A DNA stretch of 64,000 nucleotides, taken from the NCBI RefSeq assembly GCF_009914755.1, contig NC_060926.1. One strand, given 5' to 3'. The translations under genes and the position numbers were made by a program. Under the pieces are notes generated by a model, which saw only the letters and a program-made list of their open reading frames with translations, had not been told where the DNA came from and did no database searches. How positions within the stretch are numbered: the stretch's first letter is position 1; each line of letters begins with the position of its first letter. Below are positions 13,883 to 28,669 of the stretch, piece by piece. The DNA is from the human T2T-CHM13v2.0 reference genome, Homo sapiens.

Positions 13883-16161
13883 AGATATGATTTGGGTCTG
13901 TGTTTCCACCCAAATCTCATGTCGAATAGTAATTCCCAATGTTGGGGGAGGGGCATGATGGGAGGTGATTGGATCATGGGGGCAGATTTTCCCCTTGCTG
14001 TTCTCATGACGATGAGTGAGTTCTCATGAGATCTGGTTGTTTAAAATGTGTAGTACCTTCTGTCTTGCTCTGTGTCTCCTGCTCTGCTATGGTAAGACAT
14101 GCTTGGTTCCCCTTCACCCTTCTGCCATGATTGTAAGTTTCCTGAGACCTTTCAGTCATGCTTCCAGTGAGAATGGACTATATAGAATATTGGTACTAGA
14201 GAAGCAGGGCATTGCTATAAAGATACCTGAAAATATGAAAGTGGTTTTGGAACTGGGTAATGGGCAGAGGTTGGAACAGTTTGGAGGGCTCAGAAAAAAG
14301 ACAGGAAGATGAGGGAAACTTTGGAACTTCCTAGAGACTTGTCAAATGGTTGTGATCAAAATGCTCATAGTGATATAGACAGTGAAGTCCAGCATGAGAT
14401 GGTCTCAAATGGAGATGAGAAACTTACTGGGAATTGGAGTAAAGGGGTCACTCTTGCTATGCTTTAGCAAAGAGACTGGTGGTGTTGTGCCCTGCTCTAG
14501 AGATCTATGGAACTTTAAACATGAGAGAGATAATTTAGGGTATTTGGCAGAATAAATCTCTAAGCAGCAAAGTGTTCAAGATGTGGCCTGGCTGCATCTA
14601 AAAGCCTAAGCTCATTTGCGTAAACAAATGAATTACCTGAAACTAGAACTTATATTTGGAAAATTTGCAGCCTGACCATGTGATAAGAAAAACAACAACA
14701 ACAACAACAACAAAAATGTTCTCAGGAGGAATTCAAGGCTGCAGACATTTGCATTAATAAAGAGGAGCCAAATGTTCATAGCCAAGACAATAGGGAAAAT
14801 GCCTCTAGGGCATTTCAGGGACCTTGGAGGCAGCCCCTCCCATCACAGGCCTGGAGGCCTAGGAGGGGAAAATGACCTCATGGGCCAGGCCCAAAGTCCT
14901 GCTGCCCTGTGCAGCCTCTGGACATGGTGCCCTGCATTCCAGCCACTCCACTTCCAGCTGTGGCTAAAAGGGGCCAAGATACAGCTCAGTTCACTGCTTC
15001 AGAGGCTGTAAGCTCCAAGCCTTGGTGGCTTTTATGTAGTGTTGGGCCTGTGGGTATGCAGAAGGCATGAGTTGAGGTTTGGGAGCCTCTGCCTAGATTT
15101 CAGAGAATGTATGGTAATGCCTAAATGTCCAGGCAGAAGTCTGCTGCAGGGGCAGAGACCTCAAGAACATCTACTAGAGCAATGTGGAGGGGAAATGTGG
15201 GGTTGGAGCCCCCACACAGAGTCCCACTGGGGCACTGCCTAGTATTGCTGTGAGAAGAGAGCCACTGTCCTCCAGACCCCAGAATGGCAGATCCATTGAC
15301 AGCTTGCACCATGCACCTGGAAAAGCTACAGGCACTCAATGTCAGCCCATGAAAGCAGCTGCAGGGGTTTACCCTGCAGAGCCACAGGGGTGGAGCAGCT
15401 CAAGGCATTGGGAACCCACCGCTTGCATCGGTGTGGCCTGGATGCATGACATGGAGTTAAAGGAAATTATTTTTTAACTTTAAGATTTAATGACTGCCCT
15501 GCTGGTTTTTGGACTTGTATGGAGCCTGTAGTCCCTTTGTTTTAGCCAGTTGCTCCCTTTTGGAATGGGGGCATTTACCCAATGCCTGTGCCCTCATTGT
15601 GTCTTGGCAGTAACTAACTTTTTTGTGATTTTACAAACTCATAGGCAGAAGGAACTTACCTTGTCTCAGATGAGACTTTGGACTTGGACTTTTGAGTTAA
15701 TGCTGGAATGAGTTAAGACTTTGAGGGTCTGTTGGAAAGGCATGATTATATTTTGAAATGTGAGAAGAACATGAGATTTGGGAGGGGCCAGAGCCTGAGT
15801 AATATGGCTTGCCTTTGTGTCCCCACCCAAATCTCATGTCAAATTGTAATTCCCAATGATGGGGGAGGAACCTGGTGTGAGATGATTGGATCATGGGGGC
15901 AGATTTCCCTCTTGCTGTTCTCATGATAGCAAGTGAGTTTTCATAAGATTTGTTTTTTTTTAAAGTGCATAGCACTTCCCCCTTTGCTCTCTTTCTTGTG
16001 CTCCACCATGGTAGGACATCCTTTCACCCTTCTGCCACGACTGTAAGTTTCCTGATGACTTTTGAACAGTCTGCAGAACTGTGAGTCAATTAAACCATTT
16101 TTCTCCATAAATTACCCAGCCTCAGGTAGTCTTTATAGCAATGTGGGAACAAACTAATACA
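13883..16161 (+). mobile_element. Full-length MaLR provirus (MSTA/THE1D-like): 5'LTR ~13883-14183, internal ~14184-15799, 3'LTR ~15800-16161
   Basis: Two direct LTR copies (CCACCCAAATCTCATGTC...TGATTGGATCATGGGGGCAGATTT...), 3'LTR ends ACTAATACA; ~1.6 kb MaLR internal region with GGAACTGGGTAATGGGCAGAGGTTGGAACAGTTTGGAGGGCTCAGAA and purine tract GGGAGGGGCCAG before the 3'LTR. Confidence 0.93.
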
Positions 16162-16840
16162 CATGGAAATCACTGACTGAAAGGGGAACAACTGATAAGT
16201 CAGACCATGACCATCAATTTTGTTCTTGAGTGAAATCTAGCCAGTTTAACTCATTTGCCATTTTCGTTAAGTTGTGACTGCTGGGGAAACTGAGTCCTCC
16301 ATCCATGGAATGAACCACTTGAAACAAAACCAGTGACCAACACAGGTGCAATTGACATGCAGAGATGTTTAACTGACTTGATGAAGGGGAATGATAAGAA
16401 GTTCCTAGGTCAAGAGAAGGGCTGGAAAGTGACCCCTAGGCCTGGAAAATAATAGGATCAATGTGAAGTTCAGATCTGGGAATGAATGGGGCTCTGTCAT
16501 CTTGTGAAGTCTGAGGAGCTGATGTTACTGTTGCTTTGGCCAGACGAATGGCTCACTATCTAGTTGAAAATGCTTCCACAAGAACTGGATGGGGACACAA
16601 GCAAATAACCATGGCACTCCATCCTGACCCTGGGACCAAGGAAGTCTCTAAAGAAAAATTGCAACAGGATTAGTACTACTAACATGGCCTCGTATTTCTA
16701 CAATGGTCTACCCTTTATTTTATTGTTTTATTTTATTGGACCTCAGGTTGCATAGACTTGGATTAATTATAATCGTGATATACACTAATTATTGGTCAAT
16801 TATTGGTGACTTTTATTTACTTAACCTTAATTATTATTTT

Positions 16841-17145
16841 CTTTTTTTCTTTTTCTTTTTTTTTGAGATGGAGTCTTGCTCTGTTGCCCAGGCTGGAGTG
16901 CAGTGGCACTATCTCGGCTCACTGCAAGCTCCGCCTCCTGGGCTCACGCCATTCTCCTGCTTCAGCCTCCTGAGTAGCTGGGACTAGAGGTGCCCACCAC
17001 CACACCCAGCTAATTTTTTGTATTTTTAGTAGAGACGGGGTTTCACAATGTTAGCCAGGATGGTCTCGATCTCCTGACCTCGTGATCCACCCACCTTGGC
17101 CTCCCAAAATGCTGGGATTACAGGCGTAAGCCACCACACCCAGCC
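16841..17145 (-). mobile_element. AluY
   Basis: Diagnostic CTGCAAGCTCCGCC, CACGCCATTCTCC, TTAGCCAGGATGGTCTCGATCTCCTGACCTCGTGA. Confidence 0.93.
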
Positions 17146-18147
17146 TAATTATTTTTAATAATGCAGCAAGTATTCTTGAAAACACCATCTAAAACAAAAG
17201 CTAAGACCTTGACTATAACCAACCCATCCTTCTGCCTCCTTGTTCCCTCTCACAAGGCAATCAATGTCTGAGATCCTGTGTTAGTTCACTTGCTTCCTTT
17301 ATTATAAAGTGTTATTGCCTCTTTATGTAACACCATTGTGTATACAGATTATATATGATGTGCACATTATATATAATTGTGTGTAAATGCAAACATATTC
17401 ACTTTAGTTGTTTTTATTTTTACCAAAAGGATGTTATACTGTATGTAATCCTTTGAGATTTACTTCTTTTACTTAACTTTACATTTTCAAGATTAATACA
17501 TATTGTTACACTTCTCTGTGTTTCTTTTATAACTGTTGTATAATATACAAGTGTGAGAATATATCACACTGCATTTACTCTCCCTTTGACAGGCATTTGG
17601 GTTGCTTCTAATTGTTTTTGCCATGAGAACATTGCTGTAATGGATACTTTGGTACATGTATCCTATATCCTCCAATAGTTTCTCTTTTCCATTCTAGTAG
17701 GACATGGTGCCTCTGTGACATCATAAAGTTATTTACATGCATTTGTTTGTTTCTGAGCTCTCTATTCTATTCCATTGGTCAATGTGGCTGTCCTTCCATC
17801 AATACCAGACTGATCCAATTATTACAGCTTCATAGTAAGGTGGTGTTTGGTAAGGCAAGTTCCTTATTCTTGTTTTTTTTCAGAAGTATCCTTGTTAGAC
17901 TACTTTTAGCACTTAACTCCTTCATATATATTTTATAATCATCTCATTAAAATTCATTTAACAATACCCTAGGTGGAATTTTTATTTAAATTCCATTGAA
18001 TCAATTTGAATCAATAGATTGATTGGGGAGAACTGATAGCATATAAATAGTCTACTCACAAATATATTTCTCTATATATATCTTCTTTAATATCTCAGTA
18101 AACTAAAAAAAATTATAGAGGTCTGAAACATCTTCTGACAGTTGTAA

Positions 18148-18583
<436 letters not shown>

Positions 18584-18906
18584 TAATCATGTACAGGTAG
18601 TTCCTTTTGGTTTTGTAAGTAAAAAAGCATTATCATCTGCAAGTATTGACAGCTTTTTATCAACTTAAAAAGTTTTTATGCACCTTTTTATTTTTTCTGG
18701 TTTTATTGCCCTAGCAAAACTCTTCAATACATTGTTGCCTAAATGTGGCAATAGAATAATTTTTTTTTTCCATTTCTAACTTGGAAGAGGATTCTTCCAA
18801 CAATTTTTCATTTAGGGTAAGTTTTGCTTTAAATATTTAATGTACATTGTTTATTGTGTTTATTTATTTCAAATTTTCTAAGAGTCTTATTAAGAACAGG
18901 TGTTGA

Positions 18907-19227
<321 letters not shown>

Positions 19228-20109
19228 TTACCAAATGTTTGTAAAATGAATGGTTGTTTTAGGGATTAAGGTTATACTAGCTTCATTGAAGAAATTGGGT
19301 CATTCTCTCTTTTTCTGCTGTCTAAAGGAGAATATATTTGTTTAAAGTTTGGTAGAACTTGAATGTAAAATCATCTGGTTCTGGTGTTTTCTTTGTGGGA
19401 AGATTTTAATTGCTGCATTAGTTTATCAATAATTATAAGACTATCCAATTTATTTTTTCTTGAGTTCTGTTTATACTTTTCAAAAATATTTGTCCATTTT
19501 ACCTAAGTTTTCAAAGTTGCAGGCAAATAGTTGCTATATTAGTTTTTTGTCCCTTCTAATGTCTTATTTATCTGTCTTTATGGCCCAAATTATACCCCAC
19601 TTTTCATTATTAATTTTTGCCTTTTATCTTCTTCTCTTGATCGATCTTGTCATGTTTGTTTTTTTCCAACTTTTGACTTTTTGATATTTTTAATTATATC
19701 TTTGTATTTATTGTGTTGATCTCTGCTCTTAATTTTATTATTTTCTGCTTCTGCTCTCCATGGTTTTATTATCTCATTCTTATTTCTTAAGAGGGACACT
19801 TAACTCCTTAATTTTAAGACCTTCTCCCTTTCTAATATTATTTATGGCTTGTATTAAAAAATATGATATCTCACACAAGTTTTGATATATTTTGTTTTCC
19901 TTATTGTTGGGTACTAAATATTTAAAAAATTAATTATGATTTATTCAGTAACACATACTTTTTTAGTGTTTATATTAAAATTTTAAAATGGAAACTTAAA
20001 ATATTTTGTAAACATAATTTTATTATGTTGTGTTCAAAGGTTATGGCCTGTATAATTCTTTTTGAAATTTAATTTATTAAGGCTTTCTTTTGCTAATACC
20101 TAATCAGTT

Positions 20110-20445
20110 CTCTCTCTTTCTCTCTCTCCTTTCTCTCTCTCTCTTTTTTTTTTTTTAGAGATAGGGTCTTGCTTTGTCACCCAGGATGGAGTACAGTGGC
20201 ATGATCATAGCTCATGGCAGCCTTGATCTCTTGGGCTCAAGTAATCCTCCTGCCTCAGTCTCCTGAGTAGCTGGGACTACAAGTGCATGCCACCATGTGT
20301 GGCTAATATTTATTTATTTATTTTTTTGTAGAGATGAGGTCTCACTCTGTTGCCCAGGCTGGTCTTGAACTCCTGGCCTCAAGAGATCCTCCCACCTTGG
20401 TCCCCTAAAATGCTGAGATTACAGGTATGAGCCACTGTGCCCAAC
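20110..20445 (-). mobile_element. AluJ with (CT)n-modified tail
   Basis: GATCATAGCTCA/GGGCTCAAG J diagnostics; TSD TACCTAATCAGTT (20097) / TACCTGCTCAGTT (20446). Confidence 0.93.
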
Positions 20446-20567
20446 TACCTGCTCAGTTTTTCTAAATGACCCATACTATAGTTGAAAAAAGTAGATATTC
20501 TCTAACTATTGGAAGGAGACTTTATAATTGCTCATTAGTCAAGATTCTTAATTAATTCTCTATAATA

Positions 20568-20738
20568 CTATGATTTTGCAGAAATATCTGTAATAAGCCA
20601 CAAAGGAAGCTAGACCCATTTTTAGAGCCAGAGCAATTACCATCTGCCTCCCAATTTTATGGGCTGGCCATCATAATCTTGGCTTTCTTGTTCCAGAGTC
20701 TGTCAAACAAGGTCTCACTACAATGACTATACAACTGA
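20568..20738 (+). repeat. Diverged direct copy of 23963-24134
   Basis: Manual alignment: about 27 substitutions and 1 gap over ~171 bp. Confidence 0.92.
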
Positions 20739-21090
20739 GATATTTTGCAGTTCTTTTATATCCTTCCTAATTTTTTTCAGCTTGTACGATCAATAATCAA
20801 GAGAGATGTGTTGAAATCTTAAAATGTAATAGGAAATTTGTTCACTTCTCTTTGTATATTTTGCTTCACTTGTATTGAGACATTTTTATTAAGTTCAAAA
20901 TATTTAAAAGTTGCTGTAGCTTCTAAATTCATTAAAATGTCTATTCTAGTCATGCAAGGATGGCTCAATCATTAGAAAATAACTCACTACATTCTTAATA
21001 ATGCTTTATATTTCAAAATTAGTTTTACTTGTTTAATGTAGGTTTTAAAGAGCTTAGTTAAAATAGTTAAAGCAGGTTTCTTTTAGTTAG

Positions 21091-21481
<391 letters not shown>

Positions 21482-21643
21482 TAAACATCACGGATTTATA
21501 AAATCAATCTAATTTTTTCTTTCCTTTGGTGAATTCATTAATTTAATTTTATGTAAATTATTGATAAATTTGGGCTTGTTTCTGCCATTTTACTATATTT
21601 ATTTCAGTGTGTCCCACCTTTTATGATTAAAAAATCCTTTTTT

Positions 21644-21770
21644 AAGACTTAAGATTGGGTACAGTGCACACTGTTCGAGTGATGGGTGCACCAAAATCTC
21701 AGAAATCACTACTAAAGAACTTATTCATGTCAGTGAACACCAGCTATTCCCCAAAAATCTATTGAAATTT
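21644..21770 (+). mobile_element. Severely 5'-truncated L1PB 3' end (~125 bp)
   Basis: ATTGGGTACAGTGCACACTG..GTGATGGGTGCACCAAAATCTCAGAAATCACTACTAAAGAACTTATTCATGT; flanked by TTAAAAAATCCTTTTT at 21627 and 21769. Confidence 0.88.
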
Positions 21771-21789
21771 AAAAAATCCTTTTTATATG

Positions 21790-21846
21790 TTTAAATATAT
21801 ATATTACATATATATTATATATATATGTAATATATATATATTTAAA
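21790..21846. repeat. AT-rich near-perfect palindrome / (TA)n microsatellite
   Basis: TTTAAA(TA)nTTACATATA...TATATGTAA(TA)nTTTAAA. Confidence 0.9.
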
Positions 21847-22261
21847 GTTCTTATTTTACTAAGCCTATCAAGATCCCTGGAGTTCCCCATTCACAACCAC
21901 CATATTGATAGTGTCTACATTTAACTCTGGATAAACTATGGATTATTATATTTATATTTCTCTTTTCCTTTAATCTTAAGTTATTTTCCAGATAATTACA
22001 AATTTTACCAAAATATTTGATCCCTTTTCAATGTGTGCTTGTGCCCTTGTGAAGAAAAACTTTTGAAATTTTTTATGCCAGGTAATATTTTTATCATGAC
22101 TTCATGTATGAATGACAGTTTGGCTTGAAATTAAATTTTGGATTCTAAGTTCTTTTTCTTCAGTACTCTAAAAATATTACTTCGTTATCTTCTTGCATCA
22201 GTATTGCTGCTGAAAAAAACCACATGTCATCTTATTCTTGTTCCTTCATAAATAATTTGTA

Positions 22262-22708
<447 letters not shown>

Positions 22709-22806
22709 TCATCTCTCTTCTTTCATTCTGAAGTCTTTCAGCTTTTTCTAATTCTGGCAAATGTATCTCTATTACTTACTTAAATATTTCTTTTTGGTGG
22801 CTTTAG

Positions 22807-23302
<496 letters not shown>

Positions 23303-23949
23303 TCATACTTAAGCTTCTTAAATTCATTTCTATCTTTTAAATTTTTCTGTCTCAGTCCTCATGGTAAGATTTTCAGTTATCAACTCTTGCTTCTAGTGTT
23401 TTCTTTTAGTTAGTTTGTTAGATCTGTTTAGTAAATGTATACAGAAAGAATATATCAACAGGCTTCATATAGAAGACTGGAATATGTCCAGTTAATTATG
23501 ACCATGAGTTTAATGACATTTTTTGCATGCTCAGATATTTTCTTGCTTTTTCAAGGTATAAGAAAGAACTTAATTAGTGTATTTTGGTAATGAAAAATAA
23601 AAATTTTAAACCTCTTCAGTTTATGTACAGAGATCATCATCAGTGTGGGTCTCTGGGAAGTCACAGAATGCTGATACACCCTTGGCCTGGCAGTGAGAAA
23701 GCAGAGGACAGCGGGGATGGGGAGTGCTAGTTACCATGTGACCCATAGGGCTTTTCTAATGTTGAGTCTATATCTCTCAATTGAGACCAATTTGATTTCC
23801 AATTCTGGCTCCCCCATTATCTCATTTTGTGAGTTTGTACAAATGAATTATCATCACTGGGTCTCTGCTTCCCTATCCATATAGGAAGTCTATTTGGAAA
23901 ATCTCCATAGTGTCTTCCAGCTCTGGAAAACAAATTTTTCTGGTTGGAA

Positions 23950-24450
23950 TGAAGTTGAACCTCTATGTTTTTGTAGAAATATTTGTGAAAAACTGCAAAG
24001 AAAGCTAGACTCATTCTTAGAGCTACAGCAATGACCATCTGCTTGCCAATATTATGGGCTGGTCATCATCACCTTGGCTTTTCTTGTTGCAGTGGCTGTC
24101 AAGCAAGGTCTTACCACAATGACTATACAATTGAATCTTTAGAATCAGATCTAAAACACATAATGACAGATCTGATTGACTGCTGATTTGACACAAACTA
24201 CAACAATTACTATACATCATACCAGTGTTTGCCAAACCAGGAAATATACAAAACTGGTAAAATATACAAACATTTTAGTGCATATTGTTAAAAATTTACA
24301 GGCTTATTCTAAAGTAGCAAAACTTTTAAAAAATGATTTCATTTATTTACTTTATTCCAGAAATAAAAAAACATATCGAATATGCTGAGTTTTTCACTGA
24401 GTTAGTTTTCATAATACCTTTTATGTAAACTTTTTGCATCATAAAGATTA
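23950..24450 (-). mobile_element. Possible ancient hAT-Tip100-type transposase remnant
   Basis: Minus-strand fragments read SEKLSI/RYV (24370-24398, one frameshift) and SQG(D/Y)D(D/G) (24062-24079), resembling EQLSI.IRYV and GQGYDG motifs; very degraded. Confidence 0.4.
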
Positions 24451-25179
24451 TTAGTGATTTGTAGATAATTATGGAAAATACTGCTCAATGCTGTCCAGTA
24501 AAGTCTGCATATTTTCTAGGTAAAAACTTCCTATGGTCATACTTCAGTATAAGTAAAATTCCTTAAATTCCTATATGAAAATTCCTGGTGTGTTGTGGGT
24601 CTTGGCTGAATGAAAACTGGCTATTCATGCAATACAACATGTTAAAAACAACATAAAATTAATTCCTCCTGGTTTAATAAATGACTTTTGAATTTCAGTA
24701 AAAGAAAATAAAAATGTTAAAACCTTTCAACTTAAACATAGAGATTGTCACAAATGTGGATCTTTGAGAAGGAATGGGATATTGACAGAAGGGAAAGAAA
24801 GGTATTTCTTGAAGCTTAGAAAGAATGACCGATGTGGAAGAAGAAAAGGTATCAGGGACACTAAACTAACAAACCACAATACATTTGTCTGTTACCCTGT
24901 AAAATTGCCAGTCAGCATGGTTTGGAATGTCCAGCTTGGTGGCATATTGACAAGGAGGTCCATACTTTGTAGAAAAAAGGACCAAGGCCCATGTTGCATA
25001 GTCACTGATGTGCGCTCAGCAGCGTTTGTGATTCACAAACGAGAGGATGCTTGAAGGCTTAGACTAGCTCTAGGAAGGCAGTTGTCACTATAGGGTACAC
25101 ATAATTGTGTGAATGGCTTTGGCATTTTTGTTTCCGCCTATTTGACCTCATGTAGATCTATAAGTCACGAGCTGTCTTC

Positions 25180-25389
25180 AGTGCTTCTCAAAGGAAACAC
25201 TATTGGTATTTCATAAATGCAATTCTTCCTTGTGTTGGACTGTCCTGTGTATTACAGGATGTTTACCATCTTGAACTCCCTGCCCACAAAATGCTAGTAA
25301 CCTAACGGCAGTTATGACAGCTAAACACACCCCAGCATGTTTTCAAATGCCCCTTAGAGGGCGGTACTTTCTCTGGTTGATTACCATTG
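25180..25389. mobile_element. MER20-like hAT-Charlie MITE
   Basis: CAGTGCTTCTCAA...CACTATTGG...GGACTGTCCTGTG..CAGGATGTTTA...GGTTGATTACCATTG; inverted termini. Confidence 0.75.
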
Positions 25390-25969
25390 GCACGTGATGA
25401 TCTCTGCAGTCTATTTCATCTGAGAAGTGTTATTTTTTTCCTCTATGTGTTATGCATTTTTGTTGTATGGAAGAACACACAGTGGGGAAATGAACCCATT
25501 ATATTTTGGAAGGTTTGTAAAAGTATCATTCATTTTTTATGACTCAAGTCCACCGTGATCACTGCCTCACCAAACATAGGTGATTCCTCCTCCGGGCTAA
25601 CTTAGACCCAACTTAACCTCTATTATAGCAGTTGCCATTTTACCATCACTCCCTAAACGTACCCCACTTGACCTCAGGCTGTGAGTTCTTTGAGAATACA
25701 CAGACTGTGCCTTATTCATTCTCTATCTTCAGTAAACAACATAGTTCTGACATATATTAGGTACAATATAAAGTGTTGCCAAATGAATAAATGGATGAGG
25801 GAAGAGTAAAGCTGAATCTTTTGCTTTTTCTACATGAACATTTTCCCTCCAAAGGGATTTTCACTATATTTCTAGCTTAACGAACAGAAATGGAGAGCTA
25901 AGAGATTAAGCCCGGTTGATAATAATAACACAACAAAAATAATCATAAATAATATTAAGAGTAAATTGG

Positions 25970-26330
25970 AATCATAATTATGAACACCATTACAGAAGAT
26001 CTTACTCTGTGCCACACGTTGTTTAAGCACTTTTTTTACCCAATTTCATTTAGCCCTCACAGATTAGGTAAAGCAAGGGAGACACCTAGGATGCAAAGTT
26101 TTGAGAGGCCTCAGTCTCAGCTGTGAACCCTGCAGTGAGTGAGTGCTTCATTCATCTTGTTCCAGACCTTCCTCTTTATTATTCTATCAAATATTTTTCA
26201 TTATCATCTTATAGAGGAAGAAACAAAGGCTCAGAGAGCTAATCTGCTTATCCAAGCAGGTAGTAAGTGATAGAGGAGGAAATCAAACCTAAGCTTATCT
26301 GATTCTGAAGCACATGTTTCTAACCCATTA
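25970..26330 (-). mobile_element. MIR, possibly with a MER91-like insert at ~26062-26170
   Basis: TTACTCTGTGCCA...TTTCATTTAGCCCTCAC...TTATAGAGGAAGAAACAAAGGCTCAGAGAG MIR core. Confidence 0.65.
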
Positions 26331-26699
26331 GAGAAAGGACTCGTGCCAGGCTTGGGGCGGTTTATTACAGGTCCATCCTAGATGAGTACAGAATCAAAGA
26401 GAAACCATTTAGAAGCATTATAGCAACTTGACAATGTCCCTACAAATAAAGTCATGATCAATGTATTCATTGCTTTGAACAGAGTAGAGGTACCAAAGAA
26501 TCAGCACGTCACGACTGGGAAAAAAACAAGCAATGAAATTGTCCTTTGACACAGTTTGAGAAGCACTGCATCAGGAAATACCAGAGAAATTGGGAAATTT
26601 ATTAAATTTTTTTCTTTGCAGTTATAGCACAAGCTGAAAGACATGGTACTCAGGGAGTAACGTAATAATGTGAAATTTTATCAGACTATATTTCTAATT

Positions 26700-28620
26700 A
26701 TTTAATTTTTTAACTTTTTAAACATTTTTGGTACCTCACATACAGAGACATGAGTTGTATTTTTCATAACCTACTGTTTATGATGCAGTCTCAGCATCAT
26801 GCATGACCATCTTTCATTTTGTATACTGATATGATATAATACTATAATAAACACTGATGAATCACCACCCAACCCAGGAATCAGATCAATTCCATTACAA
26901 CTACCTGAGGCCTCCTCCATGATCATATCTGCTTTCCTTTCACCTCTCTTAACATTATGTCACTAAGAATCACCCATGTTCTAGCTATGGATATTGTTGC
27001 TTAAAGTTGTTCATTCATTTCCATGGTGATAATATTCTGTGATGTGAATGTCCTTATTTTCTCCTTAATGGGCATTTGGGATACGTGTCAGCCATTATTT
27101 CATTGTCTCTCTTCCAGAGCCACCCTTCATTGCTGTTCTGTGACAATGGGTACAGACCCTGTAAACATTTCACCTTTGTCAGTGATGGGTACTAGATGGC
27201 AACACAAGACTTCTCTTCCAGCGCCAGTGTGCTCCTTGGGAAGCCTTCTCCAGTGCCAGCTCTAGTGCTGGCTACTGTAGTACATGGCAGGCAGCAGCAC
27301 ATGGGGCTGGCAACATGTGGAGTTCCTGTTTAGGAAGCTTCCCGTGGTGCCCCTCAGGTGGCTACACAATGAGTTCTGAGCCACATTGCCTCCCTGTGAG
27401 TGGTTTCTACTGGCATCCTAGAGAGTGGATTCCCACCGGACACCTCAGTGGACTTCTTTACCATCTGTGAGCCACAGCAGAGAGCTTTCCAGTGGAGTCT
27501 GCATCTTAACTTTGGGGAAGGGGTCCTCTTTTAGGTGTATTCTTTTCTTTAGTGCTCTAATTCAGTTCTAGGGGTAGCGGCTGCACCTTGTATCTTCTAT
27601 TCTTATATCCTTTAGAGTTCTCTTAACCTCTGAATAACCAATTGCCTGTTACTCTAATCCCCCATTATAATTAATATTTTATTCATGTATAAAAGTCCCT
27701 GTTCAAATTCCTGTGTGATTTATGTCTCTTGACTGGACCCTGACTGGTAGAGTTTGTTTTTAATTTTTTGTTATTACACAAAGTGCTTCTACAAATGTTA
27801 TTGTACATTTCTCCTGGGCACATGTGAAAAATGTTCCTTAGGTATAAGAATGTAATTGCATAACCATAAAGCATGCAAAAGTTAAACTTTATAAGATAGC
27901 CCCAAATCATTATTGCTACTAGCTATGTCTGAGAGCCATTGTTTCAGATTTTCCCCATCACTTTTTATAGTCTAACTACTAAGTTTTTGTCAATCAGAAA
28001 GGTACAACATGATATATCATTGTGGCTTTGATTTCATTTCCTTGAGTAAGAATGAATTTCAATGTATCTTCATCTTTTTATTGGTTTTTCCTCTTCTTTG
28101 ACATGCCTGCTCACATCTTTATTTTTCAATTGACTTTGGTCTTTTTTATTATGATTTTTTAAAAAAGTACTTTATATACTTTTTCCCTTTGTCTGATATG
28201 TCATGACAAGTGTCTTTCCAGTTTCTTAATTTTCTTAAAAAAAATTTAAAGGAAGATTTTCATGAACAGAATTTTTACTTTTTAATGCAGTCAAATGAGT
28301 CAAATTTATTTTAGGGTTAACATCGTTGTATCATTTTTAAGAAATTTTGATCTATGCTAAGGCTCAATATGTTTACTCTTATATTTTCTTCCAAAAATTT
28401 TACAATTTTGTTCTTAACTTTGGATCCAAATTTGCTATTTGTGTGTGGTGTGAGGTAGCAATCCATTTAAACTTTCCATGTAAAAAAATATTTTTTTCAG
28501 ACCAGTGTCTCTGCTTTTTCACTCTTCTCTTCTATGCCTCCTTTGTCATATGTGAAAATTCCATATATAAATGGATCTGTTTCTGTGTTCTCAATTTCGC
28601 TCCCTTATGGACCTTAATTT
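26700..28620 (-). mobile_element. Degraded antisense L1ME fragments flanking an LTR
   Basis: GGGCATTTGGG, TGATATATCATTGTGGCTTTGATTTCATTTCC, TTTTTAATGCAGTCAAAT antisense L1 tracts. Confidence 0.65.
27084..27751 (+). mobile_element. ERVL solo LTR (LTR41/LTR33-family)
   Basis: Begins GTGTCAGCCATTATTTCATTG..CACCCTTCATTGC; ends CCCTGTTCAAATT..TGTCTCTTGACTGGACCCTGACTGGTAGA. Confidence 0.8.
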
Positions 28621-28669
28621 CCATATAGGAAGAGAGTCAGGATGATGAAATGCTGATAATTGGTGCAAA

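Noticed and set aside
13876-16166. 5-bp TSD for the MaLR provirus
   Set aside because: Flanks (AGGCA or CAAGG versus CATGG) do not match cleanly at the inferred boundaries
24085-24115. Plus-strand AVKQG resembling the RT GV(K/R)QG motif
   Set aside because: Not followed by the expected xLSP and not preserved in frame in the duplicate copy
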